In this document: one piece after another, positions 47,091-56,938 of the stretch | Numbering within the stretch: the first letter of the stretch is position 1 | How the letters are laid out: each line of letters starts with the position of its first letter | Assembly: GCA_007132495.1 (NCBI GenBank) | Contig: SLOL01000057.1 | Span: forward strand, 28,994-92,993 | Source of the DNA: Balneolales bacterium | GTDB lineage: Bacteria; Bacteroidota; Rhodothermia; Balneolales; Natronogracilivirgulaceae | Reading direction: 5' to 3' | Length of the DNA: 64,000 bases | Made by a program: the position numbers and the translations under genes | The notes under the pieces: generated by a model | What the model was told of the DNA's origin: nothing | Databases searched by the model: none | The model's input: the letters and a program-made list of their open reading frames with translations, nothing else

Positions 47091-49736
47091 GTGTCTATTC
47101 AGCTCACTTTATCTGTTATTTGCGTATTTCGCAATAGAAAAGAGTGGATTGAACCCACCCTGAATGCACTTTACAGTTTGGGTCGCATTCCGTGTGAGTT
47201 TATCTTCATAGATGACGGCTCCACTGATGGGAGCGCCGAAGTTCTCCGCTCCCTGATAGAACACTATCAGCACGAGCGCACTTTTTACTTCGAGCAGGAA
47301 ACCACCAGAGGGCGCGGGCCCTCCCTCAACTTTGCCATTGAACAGGCCGGAGGGCGTTATATCTGGATTCCGGAAAGCATTAACCGGGTAGATGAAGAGA
47401 AGCTTGGCCGGGCCATTGAAAAGATGGAGGCTTCCGGAGCCCCGGCGGCTATCGCCACGGAAGAGCCACCACCGGCTTCGGCCATGGACTGGCTCCATTT
47501 GCTGCAAAACGACCGTCTGCCATTCGACAGAAACTATCTGTTTAATCAGACGGCCATGCGGGCGACACGAAAATTCACCGATCCCCACTGGTCTACACGT
47601 CACGCTACGGAATGGGCCATCCGATTGCAATCCGACGCCGAACCTGTTCAAGTAGCGCCCTTTGCCTTCGGGGATGACCAGGTCCATAAAATGGACGACC
47701 GCAGCAAGAAAGAGTGTATCATGGCATTATTACGTGTTCCGGAATTATCGCTCTCAGGTCAGGAGCGGGCGTTTCGGATGCTTCGCTCCTATGGCCATAC
47801 CGATCTTGAAGAAGACGGAGACAGCCTGGAGCACCTCTACCAGGAAGCCCATTCCCTGTTCAAAACCGGTAATAGTGTCGCTGCTCTCGAACTGTTGAAC
47901 CGCATACTTGCCGCCGATCCGGGGCATAAGAAATCGCGTGAATTCAAAATTGATATCCTGTCAAAAATGCGGCGGTATGTAGAGGCCGCTGAGGTGAAAC
48001 ACGGATATCAGCAACAAAAAACGACGCGGGCGACCGGGGCTCAGTCCGAACAGGATCCGGATTCACTCTCTGTGCCGGAACCCGATTCCGGCTCCGCTCA
48101 CGAACCCGGTCCGAACGCCGATGCGGAGGCAGAATCGGATCCGGAAACCGGACCCGATCCGGAATCGTCTACGGAGCCTGATTCGCAACCGGCACCGGAG
48201 GAAGATTCACATCCAGAACCGATACCGTCACCGGAACCTGGTTCGGAACCGGATGCACAGACGGCACAAACACCGGAGCGGAAACCGGAACAGCAGAAAG
48301 AGGGTGAGCCGGAGCTCTCTCCCAAAATACGAGCAACCGGCTATAACGATGAAATAGCCCGGCAACCTCCGCTTACTATCATCATACCGACCTCAACAAA
48401 CCGCCGACCGGTCCTTGAGGAGTGTCTTACCTCTGTACTCCGCTATACCTCCCGTGACCGCACACGTATTGTAGTGGTGGATAACGGATCGGTGGATGAC
48501 ACCCCGGACTATCTTGACCGCCTTCTCAAGGAAAATGTGGCCCTTACGGTTCTTACCAATGAACAGAATCTTGGATTCGCTGCTGCGGTCAATCAGGGGC
48601 TTGCCAAGGCCGGCAACGGACCGGTCATGGTACTGCATAATGACGTCCGGTTTAAAAACCCTTTGCCCTCCCGGCTGGCCGGAATACTGGAAAGGTATCC
48701 CGATATCGGTCTTGTCACTCCGAAAGCCGATCGCACCTGGCACGAGCCACAGTCAACCGAACAGCGTTCCGGCACCCCGAAACAGCACTCCGAAACCGAA
48801 ACTGCTTCGACTGACCAAACACCGGAAACCGGCGACGACACCGCTGCCATACCGGAACCGGCGACCGGTAACCATGCGGTTGCACTCACCGATGTCGACT
48901 ATGTGGATGGCTACTGTATGGTTTTTCGAAACGAGCCCGGGCTCACCTTTAATAAAAACTATGGACTCGCCTATTTCGAGGACGCCGATTTCTGTTTCCG
49001 GATTCAAAAAAAAGGGTACCGCGTGGTGGTAGCCGATCATGAGGAGGTTGTTCACCGGTTCGGTACAACTACCGGTGACCTGGGCCTCACCATGCGAAGC
49101 AAAAAATACTGGAAGAACGCCGCTCTGTTTCACCACGAATGGCACATTGAACCGCAGTTCCCTGCAGCGCAGACCCGGGAAGACCCACTGAACCAGTTTT
49201 TACTTCTGGGCAGTATCATCAACCCGTTTTATCCGGAAAAGCACCTGCTGGACTATTTTCATGAGCTTTTCACCAGTGAACAAAAGACGCGCGTTTTCCA
49301 TTCGGAGTTTCCTCCCGATGCCCTCAAGTCGATGATCCGTCTGATGATGGCGGCCAACCAGCGTGAAATTCTGCGACGGCTGGAACAGCAGCTTGAAGGT
49401 CTGACGCCGGACCTGTCTCTTTACCATGATCTGATTGTTTTCTATTTCGACCGGACCATCTATTCGCGCTGCAAAATGTATCTGGAGAAACTGGGCAATG
49501 ACGAACTTCCGGTCGATCTGAATCTCTATCGTCTGAAAATTGCCATCGGCGAAAAAGATTACATGCTGGCGGCAGAACGACTTCAGCAAATGATGGATAT
49601 TATACCTACCCATCCCGAAGTGCTCCTGTCAGCGTCCGAAATCCATCGTCGTAACGGCAATCATGAGCAATCGGAGAAATTTATCCGTCTTGCAAAAACC
49701 TTTGACCCCTATATTAAGAACCGGACGGTCTTATGA
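47091..49736 (+). CDS. Large multidomain protein: two family-2 glycosyltransferase domains with TPR-like regions and Pro/Glu/Ser-rich linkers
   Basis: First GT2 domain: LSVICVFRNRKEW...FIFIDDGSTDGS. Second GT2 domain: LTIIIPTSTN...IVVVDNGSVDDT...NLGFAAAVNQG...FEDADFC. TPR-like helices lie mid-protein and at the C-terminus. GTG start. Confidence 0.75.
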   Translation: MSIQLTLSVICVFRNRKEWIEPTLNALYSLGRIPCEFIFIDDGSTDGSAEVLRSLIEHYQHERTFYFEQETTRGRGPSLNFAIEQAGGRYIWIPESINRVDEEKLGRAIEKMEASGAPAAIATEEPPPASAMDWLHLLQNDRLPFDRNYLFNQTAMRATRKFTDPHWSTRHATEWAIRLQSDAEPVQVAPFAFGDDQVHKMDDRSKKECIMALLRVPELSLSGQERAFRMLRSYGHTDLEEDGDSLEHLYQEAHSLFKTGNSVAALELLNRILAADPGHKKSREFKIDILSKMRRYVEAAEVKHGYQQQKTTRATGAQSEQDPDSLSVPEPDSGSAHEPGPNADAEAESDPETGPDPESSTEPDSQPAPEEDSHPEPIPSPEPGSEPDAQTAQTPERKPEQQKEGEPELSPKIRATGYNDEIARQPPLTIIIPTSTNRRPVLEECLTSVLRYTSRDRTRIVVVDNGSVDDTPDYLDRLLKENVALTVLTNEQNLGFAAAVNQGLAKAGNGPVMVLHNDVRFKNPLPSRLAGILERYPDIGLVTPKADRTWHEPQSTEQRSGTPKQHSETETASTDQTPETGDDTAAIPEPATGNHAVALTDVDYVDGYCMVFRNEPGLTFNKNYGLAYFEDADFCFRIQKKGYRVVVADHEEVVHRFGTTTGDLGLTMRSKKYWKNAALFHHEWHIEPQFPAAQTREDPLNQFLLLGSIINPFYPEKHLLDYFHELFTSEQKTRVFHSEFPPDALKSMIRLMMAANQREILRRLEQQLEGLTPDLSLYHDLIVFYFDRTIYSRCKMYLEKLGNDELPVDLNLYRLKIAIGEKDYMLAAERLQQMMDIIPTHPEVLLSASEIHRRNGNHEQSEKFIRLAKTFDPYIKNRTVL

Positions 49737-49847
49737 TCCGTGTCTACGGCCCGTTGCCATCTGTATGACTTCCCCGCGGTACAACGAATCCGCCATATCG
49801 GGAACAGCACCAGCTCCGATTGCATAAATGCTCCGCTCCGGAAATCA

Positions 49848-50759
49848 TCACGAATGGATTTGCATCATATAGCCCAGCAGACGTTTTAGCTCTGTAACGT
49901 TTTGCTCCTCTCCCCTCTCTTCAAAACTGCTGATCAGATTGCGAATCGTACGTACCAGAATATCCCGCTCGCCGGCTTTCTCAAAATGAGACGGATCAGG
50001 GGTAATCCCGTTACTCCTCAGAAAATAGGCGCACTGATCCATACTCACGATACGTCCATAGTTAAACGGATCCAATAAAATGGACTCGTTGTCGGTTTCA
50101 TATTTGAGCAGAAAATGCTTCGGCATATTGATACCGCTCAGCGGCAGCTCCAGCCGGAAGGCAACAAACATCATCACCATACTCAGCGAAATCGGAATAC
50201 CGCGCCTTCTCTGCAGCACCTTATGCAAATAGGAATTGTCGGGATGAGAATAGTCATTCCGGGCGCCCTTGAAATACTCCTTCTCAAAAAAGTATGCAGT
50301 AAAAATCTCCATTTGTTCCCGTGAAGAGAGTGCCGTCCGGATAGCGGGTTCCACCCTGGCCGCCATCTTATCAAGCTGACGCTGGTACAAGTCGGTACGC
50401 AATGTCGGATTCTCAAAACGGCTCAATAACAGCTGACCCTTTTCCAGGTCCGGAACGGAATGAATTCCCTTTTCCAGATATTCGATAAATTCCTGCTCAT
50501 AAGAGGGATAGGTGATATGATGAATGAGCTGGGTGAGCCGGCTCCGGATTGATACATCATTGATCTCTTCACGGATTTCATCCAGAATCGGAATCGAGTT
50601 GTCATCCAGCTCCGCCAGTCTTTCCTGCACCTTCTGCTGTACGAACTCATCCGGATCCTCCATAAGAGATATCAGCGCCCTGAGTTCTTTACGTCTGAAT
50701 CCCGCTTTTGCAGGCTTTTTTATTTGAACGGATGAGTACGACATGATAATGGAATGCAC
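49848..50759 (-). CDS. Transglutaminase-like / SirB1 (UPF0162) family protein
   Basis: The central region GIPISLSMVMMFVAFRLELPLSGINMPKHFLLKY...LLDPFNYG matches the SirB1 N-terminal transglutaminase-like core pattern. Confidence 0.6.
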   Translation of the reverse strand: MHSIIMSYSSVQIKKPAKAGFRRKELRALISLMEDPDEFVQQKVQERLAELDDNSIPILDEIREEINDVSIRSRLTQLIHHITYPSYEQEFIEYLEKGIHSVPDLEKGQLLLSRFENPTLRTDLYQRQLDKMAARVEPAIRTALSSREQMEIFTAYFFEKEYFKGARNDYSHPDNSYLHKVLQRRRGIPISLSMVMMFVAFRLELPLSGINMPKHFLLKYETDNESILLDPFNYGRIVSMDQCAYFLRSNGITPDPSHFEKAGERDILVRTIRNLISSFEERGEEQNVTELKRLLGYMMQIHS

Positions 50760-50937
50760 CTTCCTACCGGTGAAGATGACTTGTGGCGATTTAACCTGGT
50801 ATTAGTCGTAACATTCTCGTAACCGGAATCGTTTAAATTCATTTTGAGCTTTACGGTACACCCATTACCTTTGTGGTCTGTCAGATTTCACATCCGTTCC
50901 ACAGCATCCTTCTGATTACAGAACCCAAATTACGATC

Positions 50938-52173
50938 ATGAAGCTTCATGTACACTCGGAAACCGGCCGGCTTGAGGCGGTCATTATCCATACCCCGGGC
51001 AACGAAGTATCGTTGGTCAATCCCGAATTGCGTGAACAGCTCCTGTTTGATGACATCATTTTTGAAGCGGATGCCCGTCAGGAGCATCTGGATATGATCG
51101 ATATCTTCCGATGCACGCTGCCCAATCCGGACCATGTGTTCGAAATAACCGATCTGGCATATGACGTTCTTGAGCATGCCGATGCCAGGCGTTTCTTTAT
51201 TGACGAACTGCACTATGCACAGCCCGGCATAAGCATTAATTTACTGCGGGACAAATTACTGGACCTGGACACCTCATCCCTGCTCGAATTCATCGTTAGT
51301 GGTAAAACAGACCGTCTTCAGAACATTTCTCTTCATCCTGCTCCCAACCTGTTGTTCACCAGGGACTTGGCTGCTCTGGTCAATGACCGGATCATTCTTT
51401 CAAGGGCGGCCATGGCGGCCAGAACCCGTGAATTCCTGCTGATGGAGACGATCGTCCGGTTCCATCCCATGCTGGAAAGTCTGAGTGACAAGATCATTCA
51501 CATTGGTAAACAGGACAGTGTCGAAGGCGGTGATATCCTGGTGGCATCGCCGGAGGTGGTTATGATCGGAATGAGTGAACGCACCACTTTCAGTGGACTG
51601 ATGGCCATCACCGATCAACTACTGCAGCACGGGGTGACTCATATCATCGCAGTAGATATTCCCAAGCAGCGATCATCCATGCACCTTGACACCATATTCA
51701 CTTTTGCAAGTCCGGATGAGTGTATCGTTTTCCCCCCCGCCATTTCCGAACGAACCGACAATATTTCCGTTTTCTCCAAAGTGGACGGGCGTATTGTAGT
51801 TGAACGAAAGTCATCGCTGAAACATACCCTGGAAGAACTGCTCGGGCGTCCACTTACTTTTATCAAATGCGGTGGCGAAAATCTGACCAACCAGTTCCGT
51901 GAGCAGTGGACCGACGGGGCCAATGTTTTTGCACTGTCTCCGGGTGTGATTGTCGGCTATGACCGGAACACCAATACCTTTGAGGCACTGGCTGAACAGG
52001 GGTACACCATCATGAATCAGCATGAATTCACCGACACCTGGCGTAACAGACCGTTTGAACCGGCGCCCGGAGAGAAAATCGCCGTCACTTTCCAGGGCAA
52101 CGAACTTTGCCGCGGCAGGGGCGGGGCGCGGTGCATGACCCTGCCTGTTGTTCGGCACCGCAATTCCTTGTAA
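50938..52173 (+). CDS. arcA: Arginine deiminase family protein
   Basis: N-terminus SETGRLEAVIIHTPGNE...LLFDDI and C-terminus GGARCMTLPVVR (catalytic Cys motif). No arcB or arcC nearby. Confidence 0.75.
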   Translation: MKLHVHSETGRLEAVIIHTPGNEVSLVNPELREQLLFDDIIFEADARQEHLDMIDIFRCTLPNPDHVFEITDLAYDVLEHADARRFFIDELHYAQPGISINLLRDKLLDLDTSSLLEFIVSGKTDRLQNISLHPAPNLLFTRDLAALVNDRIILSRAAMAARTREFLLMETIVRFHPMLESLSDKIIHIGKQDSVEGGDILVASPEVVMIGMSERTTFSGLMAITDQLLQHGVTHIIAVDIPKQRSSMHLDTIFTFASPDECIVFPPAISERTDNISVFSKVDGRIVVERKSSLKHTLEELLGRPLTFIKCGGENLTNQFREQWTDGANVFALSPGVIVGYDRNTNTFEALAEQGYTIMNQHEFTDTWRNRPFEPAPGEKIAVTFQGNELCRGRGGARCMTLPVVRHRNSL

Positions 52174-52271
52174 TGTAACGGCGATCTTTTTACAATCCTG
52201 TATAACCGTTTTTTACATGATCTTTAATCGGTATCACCTACCATATTCATTGAAATCCGGGGGGCTCCGTT

Positions 52272-53459
52272 GTGGACATTAAACCTGATGGACGTACGAT
52301 AGTCCGGCACGTACTGTTATTTGTCCTGACCTTTATATCAGCAGCCTTCACCGGAACCCTGTTTGTCGGTCATACTGCCGGTATACCTGACGATTTCATG
52401 CTCTTTTCGGGTGAAGGGTTTCTTTTTTTTCTCGATATGGTGATCTGGGAAGGGGTCCTGTTTGCCGCTTTGCTGCTCGGATTTTTGGGGGTGCATGAAT
52501 TCGGCCACTATTTCGCCGCCGTACACCACCGGATTCACACCAGCCTTCCCTACTTTATACCGTTTCCGATCTCCCCAATCGGCACTTTGGGGGCGGTAAT
52601 CCGGATACGCAGCCGGATAGAAAACAGCCGGAAGATGTTTGATGTTGGTGCAAGCGGACCTGTTGCCGGCTTCATCATTGCCCTGCTGATTCTGCTCTAC
52701 GGTTTTTTCACCCTTCCTGAACCGGATTACCTTCAAAATTTTGCCGGACATGATCCCATTAATGAATATATCGCTGAGCACGGAAGCTTTCCCGACGAGC
52801 CGGTTGTTGAAAGTAATGAAAACGAACCCGAAGTCATGGTGCTCGGCAATACCCTGCTGTTTGGCTATCTTGCATCCTTTTTCGAAAACGTCCCCCCCAT
52901 GTGGGAGCTCTATCACTACCCGTTTCTGTTTGCCGGCTGGCTGGGACTCTTTTTCACTGCCCTGAATCTGCTCCCGGTGGGTCAGCTTGACGGAGGACAC
53001 ATCCTCTACACCCTGATCGGATACCGAAGGCATCGCGTGGTGGCGCGGCTTTTTGTCATACTGGTCATTACCCTGGCCGGGCTGGGCGCTATCCCTTTAA
53101 TCAAGACCATGACGGCCGGACTTGATATTCCCCACACCGCAACTTCCTGGGTTCTATGGGCGTTGATATCACTCTTCCTGCTGGATCGCGGATTCCGCCA
53201 CGACCGGAACTGGACCCTGGCCGGATGGGGAGCGGTTATGCTGTTCGATTTGCTCCTGCTGATGATTTTTGATCCCTCCGTATTTTCCGGTTTCACCATT
53301 TGGATTTTTTGGTCGCTTTTTATTGTTTTCCTGGTCGGAGTTGAGCACCCCCCGGTTCCGTTTGAAGAGCCATTGACAACCGGAAGGCGGGTTCTCGGGT
53401 GGCTGTGCATGATCATCTTTATCCTCTGTATCAGCCCTAATCCGATCTACTTTTTCTGA
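52272..53459 (+). CDS. Site-2 protease family (M50) membrane metalloprotease
   Basis: HEFGHYFAA HExxH motif within a TM helix, and a later LLPVGQLDGGH motif. GTG start. Confidence 0.8.
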   Translation: MDIKPDGRTIVRHVLLFVLTFISAAFTGTLFVGHTAGIPDDFMLFSGEGFLFFLDMVIWEGVLFAALLLGFLGVHEFGHYFAAVHHRIHTSLPYFIPFPISPIGTLGAVIRIRSRIENSRKMFDVGASGPVAGFIIALLILLYGFFTLPEPDYLQNFAGHDPINEYIAEHGSFPDEPVVESNENEPEVMVLGNTLLFGYLASFFENVPPMWELYHYPFLFAGWLGLFFTALNLLPVGQLDGGHILYTLIGYRRHRVVARLFVILVITLAGLGAIPLIKTMTAGLDIPHTATSWVLWALISLFLLDRGFRHDRNWTLAGWGAVMLFDLLLLMIFDPSVFSGFTIWIFWSLFIVFLVGVEHPPVPFEEPLTTGRRVLGWLCMIIFILCISPNPIYFF

Positions 53460-53468
53460 TTACGCTGC

Positions 53469-53525
53469 GTTACCGACTTTGCATTACATTACCAACTTTG
53501 CGCTGTGTTACCGACCTTACAATAC
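53469..53525. repeat. Three tandem 19-nt units sharing RTTACCRACYTTRC
   Basis: gttaccgactttgc (53469), attaccaactttgc (53488) and gttaccgaccttac (53507), at an exact 19-nt period in the 89-nt spacer before the lipoprotein gene. Confidence 0.85.
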
Positions 53526-53548
53526 CCCGAAACAATCTGACTCCGTTT

Positions 53549-53938
53549 ATGTACAATCACCGAATTTTCCTGTTATTCATCCTTTCTTTTGCCATGTATG
53601 CCTGTTCCGAACCGGGCCCCGAAAACCTGGAGGGGAACGTACAGCAGCTCGTACAACAGAACGAGTACGAAGAAGCACTCGACTTGCTCAGCGAGGCGGA
53701 CGGTGACTCCACGGTTATCAGTCAGTTAAAGATCAACACCCATTTGGCGTATGCCAACTACCTGACTCACGAAGCGGATCATCTTGCAATGGGCGACCGT
53801 ATGGCCGATGCACTTCGCCATTTCAGAAGAGTGCTTGAGCTGGATGAAACCAACTCCCGGGCTGAAAATCACATTGAACTGATCGAGGGAATCTACCGTC
53901 AAATGGGTCGTGATATTCCGGAAGGGGTCGCCGACTAG
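53549..53938 (+). CDS. Putative lipoprotein, TPR-like
   Basis: Start set at MYNHRIFLLFILSFAMYAC, a lipobox-like signal with Cys. The remainder is helical. Confidence 0.55.
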   Translation: MYNHRIFLLFILSFAMYACSEPGPENLEGNVQQLVQQNEYEEALDLLSEADGDSTVISQLKINTHLAYANYLTHEADHLAMGDRMADALRHFRRVLELDETNSRAENHIELIEGIYRQMGRDIPEGVAD

Positions 53939-54040
53939 TTTGCTCTGCCTTTTCATTCGTTTTTGTCCTAAATTGGGATACCCGGTTTTTCCCGGAATCC
54001 ACAGAAATACCAACGTTCATAACCATTTTCAATACCCGCT

Positions 54041-54526
54041 TTGGCCACCCAAAAAAAAGATCAGAAAACCGGTACACCAAGCATCAAAAACCGCAAGGCG
54101 TGGCACGAGTTTACCATTGAAGACTCCATGGAAACGGGGCTGGTGCTAACGGGAACCGAAGTGAAATCACTGCGTCAGGGAAATGCCAGTTTCGGTGACG
54201 CGTTTGCCTATATGAAAGATGGGGAGGTTTGGCTCAAGGATTTTTACATTAAGCCCTTTGATCAGGGCTCTTATAACAACCACGATCCCCGCCGGGACCG
54301 GAAACTGCTCCTGCACCGTGATGAAATACGAAAGATTGACCGTGCGGTCGCTCAGAAAGGGATGACACTGGTACCGCTCAAACTCTATTTCACACGCGGC
54401 CTGGCCAAGTTGCAGCTCGGTCTGGCAAAGGGTAAGAAGAAATACGATAAAAGAGCCAGCATCGCCGAACGGGACGTAAAACGGGAAACCGAACGCGAAA
54501 TTAAACGGGCCAAGATCAGCAGATAG
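54041..54526 (+). CDS. smpB: SsrA-binding protein SmpB
   Basis: IKNRKAWHEFTIEDSMETGLVLTGTEVKSLR and a basic C-terminal tail. The start is uncertain: the track uses TTG 54041, and there is no upstream in-frame ATG. Confidence 0.88.
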   Translation: MATQKKDQKTGTPSIKNRKAWHEFTIEDSMETGLVLTGTEVKSLRQGNASFGDAFAYMKDGEVWLKDFYIKPFDQGSYNNHDPRRDRKLLLHRDEIRKIDRAVAQKGMTLVPLKLYFTRGLAKLQLGLAKGKKKYDKRASIAERDVKRETEREIKRAKISR

Positions 54527-54599
54527 CACTTTGAGGAATGGCGGGAAAACAACGATGACCCGTACTTCAGGCACGCCGGTGAAAAAGTTAAAAATAACA

Positions 54600-54993
54600 G
54601 TCAGGATTGCCTGTAAGCCGAATTCTGTGACCCTGAAGCCGTAAAACGGCAAACGGGCCGGCAATCATTTGTCTGGTCTCACCATTGCTGATGAGATCGA
54701 GCAGCCTACCCGGCAGTATTGTGGCGGACGACACACTGCCATGCTTGGCCTTGCACCCCACGGGGTTTACCCTGCCCCGTTCCGTTACCGAAACAGGCGG
54801 TGGGCTCTTACCCCACCATTTCACCCTTACCACGGACGAATCCGTGGCGGTCTGTTTTCTGTGGCACTTTCCATATTCCACCGGAGTGGAACTCCCCGGT
54901 ATTCCCGGGGCGCGGTGTCCGCAGGTGTTCGGACTTTCCTCCCTTCCCGGCCGCAATGCAGTCGGGAAAGGCGATTACCCGGCAACCCTGACC
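54600..54993 (-). ncRNA. rnpB: RNase P RNA, bacterial type A
   Basis: The minus strand carries all the conserved regions: GGGAGGAAAGTCCGAACAC; ACAGAAAACAGACCGCC; GGTAAGGGTGAAATGGTGGGGTAAGAGCCCACC; GGGTAAACCCC...GTGCAAGGCCAAG; CCGGGTAGGCTGCTCGA; ACAGAATTCGGCTTACAGG. P1 pairs GTCAGGGTTGCC (5') with GGCAATCCTGAC (3'). Confidence 0.95.
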
Positions 54994-55039
54994 AACGTTT
55001 ATAACGGTTTGATACCGGACCTTCGTATGGTCCAGGGAA

Positions 55040-55777
55040 TTAATTGAGATTCAACATTTTGCGTGCTTCTTCAAAAAAGCTGGGATCCACAACAATACGT
55101 CCCGAGTTTTCATCAAAGATGATCTTGTTCTTTCGTCGGACTTCAACCTGCACCTGGGGAGGCAGCATCATGCCCAGACTCGAACCCTTTTCCATGGCAA
55201 CCACCGCCATTCCGTTGTTCAGTCCTTTCCGCAAACGCTCATAGCTGCGAAGATAGCGTGATTCAAGATTTTTCGTGGCTTCCTTTCGTTTCTTGATCAG
55301 CTCCTCTTCTTCCTTTTTGGTGCTTTCAATCAGCTCGTCAAGATTATCCTGCTTTTCCTTCAGCAACTTCCTGGTTTCTTCCAGTTTGCTTTCATTTTCC
55401 TCAACGGTTTTTTCAAGCTCCGCTGTCTGAAGGGTAATCTCCTCAAGACGGGCCTGTGCATTTTCCTTGATCTGGTTCTGGGTCTCAATCTCCTTGGTCA
55501 ATGCATCATATTCCCTGTTATTACGCACGGTGAGCTGCTGCTCCTCGTATTTTTCAGTCAGGGAATCGGATTCGGTTATTTCCAGTTCAAGCTTCGATTC
55601 CTCCACAGCCAGATCTTTGATTTCGGCTTTGGCGCGCTTGATGCGGGTCTCGAGCCGGGTGATTTCGGTCTCGATATCCAGAATTTCTTCCGGTAAGTCT
55701 CCGCGCAACCGCTTTAATTCATCGATTCGGTTATCGATGTATTGTAAATTGGTCAAATTTTGGAGTACGTCTTGCAT
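55040..55777 (-). CDS. Coiled-coil protein of the COG1579/DUF164 (zf-RING_7) type, Cys-less variant
   Basis: Long coiled coil plus a C-terminal module, EKGSSLGMMLPPQ....IIFDENSGRIVV. This aligns by eye to the usual C.GC..LP....C..CGRIL zinc ribbon with all four Cys replaced. It follows nif3, as is usual for this family. Confidence 0.6.
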   Translation of the reverse strand: MQDVLQNLTNLQYIDNRIDELKRLRGDLPEEILDIETEITRLETRIKRAKAEIKDLAVEESKLELEITESDSLTEKYEEQQLTVRNNREYDALTKEIETQNQIKENAQARLEEITLQTAELEKTVEENESKLEETRKLLKEKQDNLDELIESTKKEEEELIKKRKEATKNLESRYLRSYERLRKGLNNGMAVVAMEKGSSLGMMLPPQVQVEVRRKNKIIFDENSGRIVVDPSFFEEARKMLNLN

Positions 55778-55815
55778 AGATTTTTGATCGCTATTTGCTT
55801 CGCTTATGGGTTTAT

Positions 55816-56697
55816 TTAAAAAAAATAGTTCACCGGATTAGTGTTCACACTGGTTGAAATGACATCCATTTCCGGATACCGCTCCCTGATCCGGCTGTTT
55901 AATGTTTCCACCATAGGCACCTCGCTTTCATAGTGTCCTGCATCGACAACCAGCAGTTCCGGTGATTCGGTGAAAAAGTCGTGATATTTCAGATCTGATG
56001 TCACAAAAGCATCCATATGTTGTCGAAGAGCCTCTTCCATCAGGAAAGATCCGGCACCGCCGCAAACCGCCACCCTTTTTACCGATTTCGGAGACCCGCA
56101 GTAGCGGATACCCTTACTTTCCAGTTTATCCCTGACCAGTGCCAGAAAGGCTTCGCTGTCATGCGTGGAAGGCAGTTCTCCCCACACGCCGAAACCGGCA
56201 TCCGGTTGACCGGCGGCGGTATCGTTTTGCTGATGTTCACCGCCATTTTCTGATCCGGAGTTCCCGGCTGCCGCAACCGGACGGGGGGCAGGAGCCGCAG
56301 CCCGGGGTACCTCTTTCAAAAAACGCAAATGCTTCAGACCCAAGCGTTCCGCCATGGCGAACGATACTCCACCGTAAGCCGCATCCAGATTGGTATGTGC
56401 GGCGACAAGGTTGATATCGTTTTTAATGAGCTTGTATATCAGGGATCCCGTAATATCGGAAGGCGTGACGCGGGATAGTTTGCGGAAAATGAGAGGGTGA
56501 TGGGCGATGATCAGATCCGCTCCGGATGCAATAGCTTCCTCTACAACTTCGGAGGTTACATCCAGACTGACCAGTATTCTTGTAATTTCCTGACGGCTGT
56601 CTCCAACAAGAAGTCCAACATTATCATATTCGAGCTTGGTGCTTTGCGGTGCCCATTCTTCCAGAAACTCGAGGATATGATTGGTGGTGTGCTTCAT
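55816..56697 (-). CDS. Nif3-like dinuclear metal center protein (GTP cyclohydrolase 1 type 2 homolog)
   Basis: GADLIIAHHPLIF, NLVAAHTNLD and the C-terminal GHYESE motif. The central insert is low-complexity Ala/Pro/Gly-rich. Confidence 0.85.
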   Translation of the reverse strand: MKHTTNHILEFLEEWAPQSTKLEYDNVGLLVGDSRQEITRILVSLDVTSEVVEEAIASGADLIIAHHPLIFRKLSRVTPSDITGSLIYKLIKNDINLVAAHTNLDAAYGGVSFAMAERLGLKHLRFLKEVPRAAAPAPRPVAAAGNSGSENGGEHQQNDTAAGQPDAGFGVWGELPSTHDSEAFLALVRDKLESKGIRYCGSPKSVKRVAVCGGAGSFLMEEALRQHMDAFVTSDLKYHDFFTESPELLVVDAGHYESEVPMVETLNSRIRERYPEMDVISTSVNTNPVNYFF

Positions 56698-56938
56698 ATT
56701 CTCGATGAGCAGCCCCCTGTCTGCTCGAGACCTGTGCCAGCGTGGGCGGGTTCGTATCGAAAAATGGTATCTCTGTTCCTGTGCACGATAATGAACGCTG
56801 TCAGTAATTTTTTAGTCAGAAAAGAAATATAGTGTTTTTTATTAACACATAAAAGATTTGTTTCATTTCTCTTCTTCTTTTCAATTAACGTATCTTTCAT
56901 TTTGTATAGTATCGGCAGCAGGTGCGGCTGTATGCAAC

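Noticed and set aside
54167-55047. Six overlapping track ORFs (54167-54664 and 54588-54956 on the minus strand; 54669-55004, 54685-55047, 54719-54991 and part of others on the plus strand)
   Set aside because: The region is the RNase P RNA gene, with all conserved type A motifs present on the minus strand. The ORFs are chance open frames in a structured RNA.
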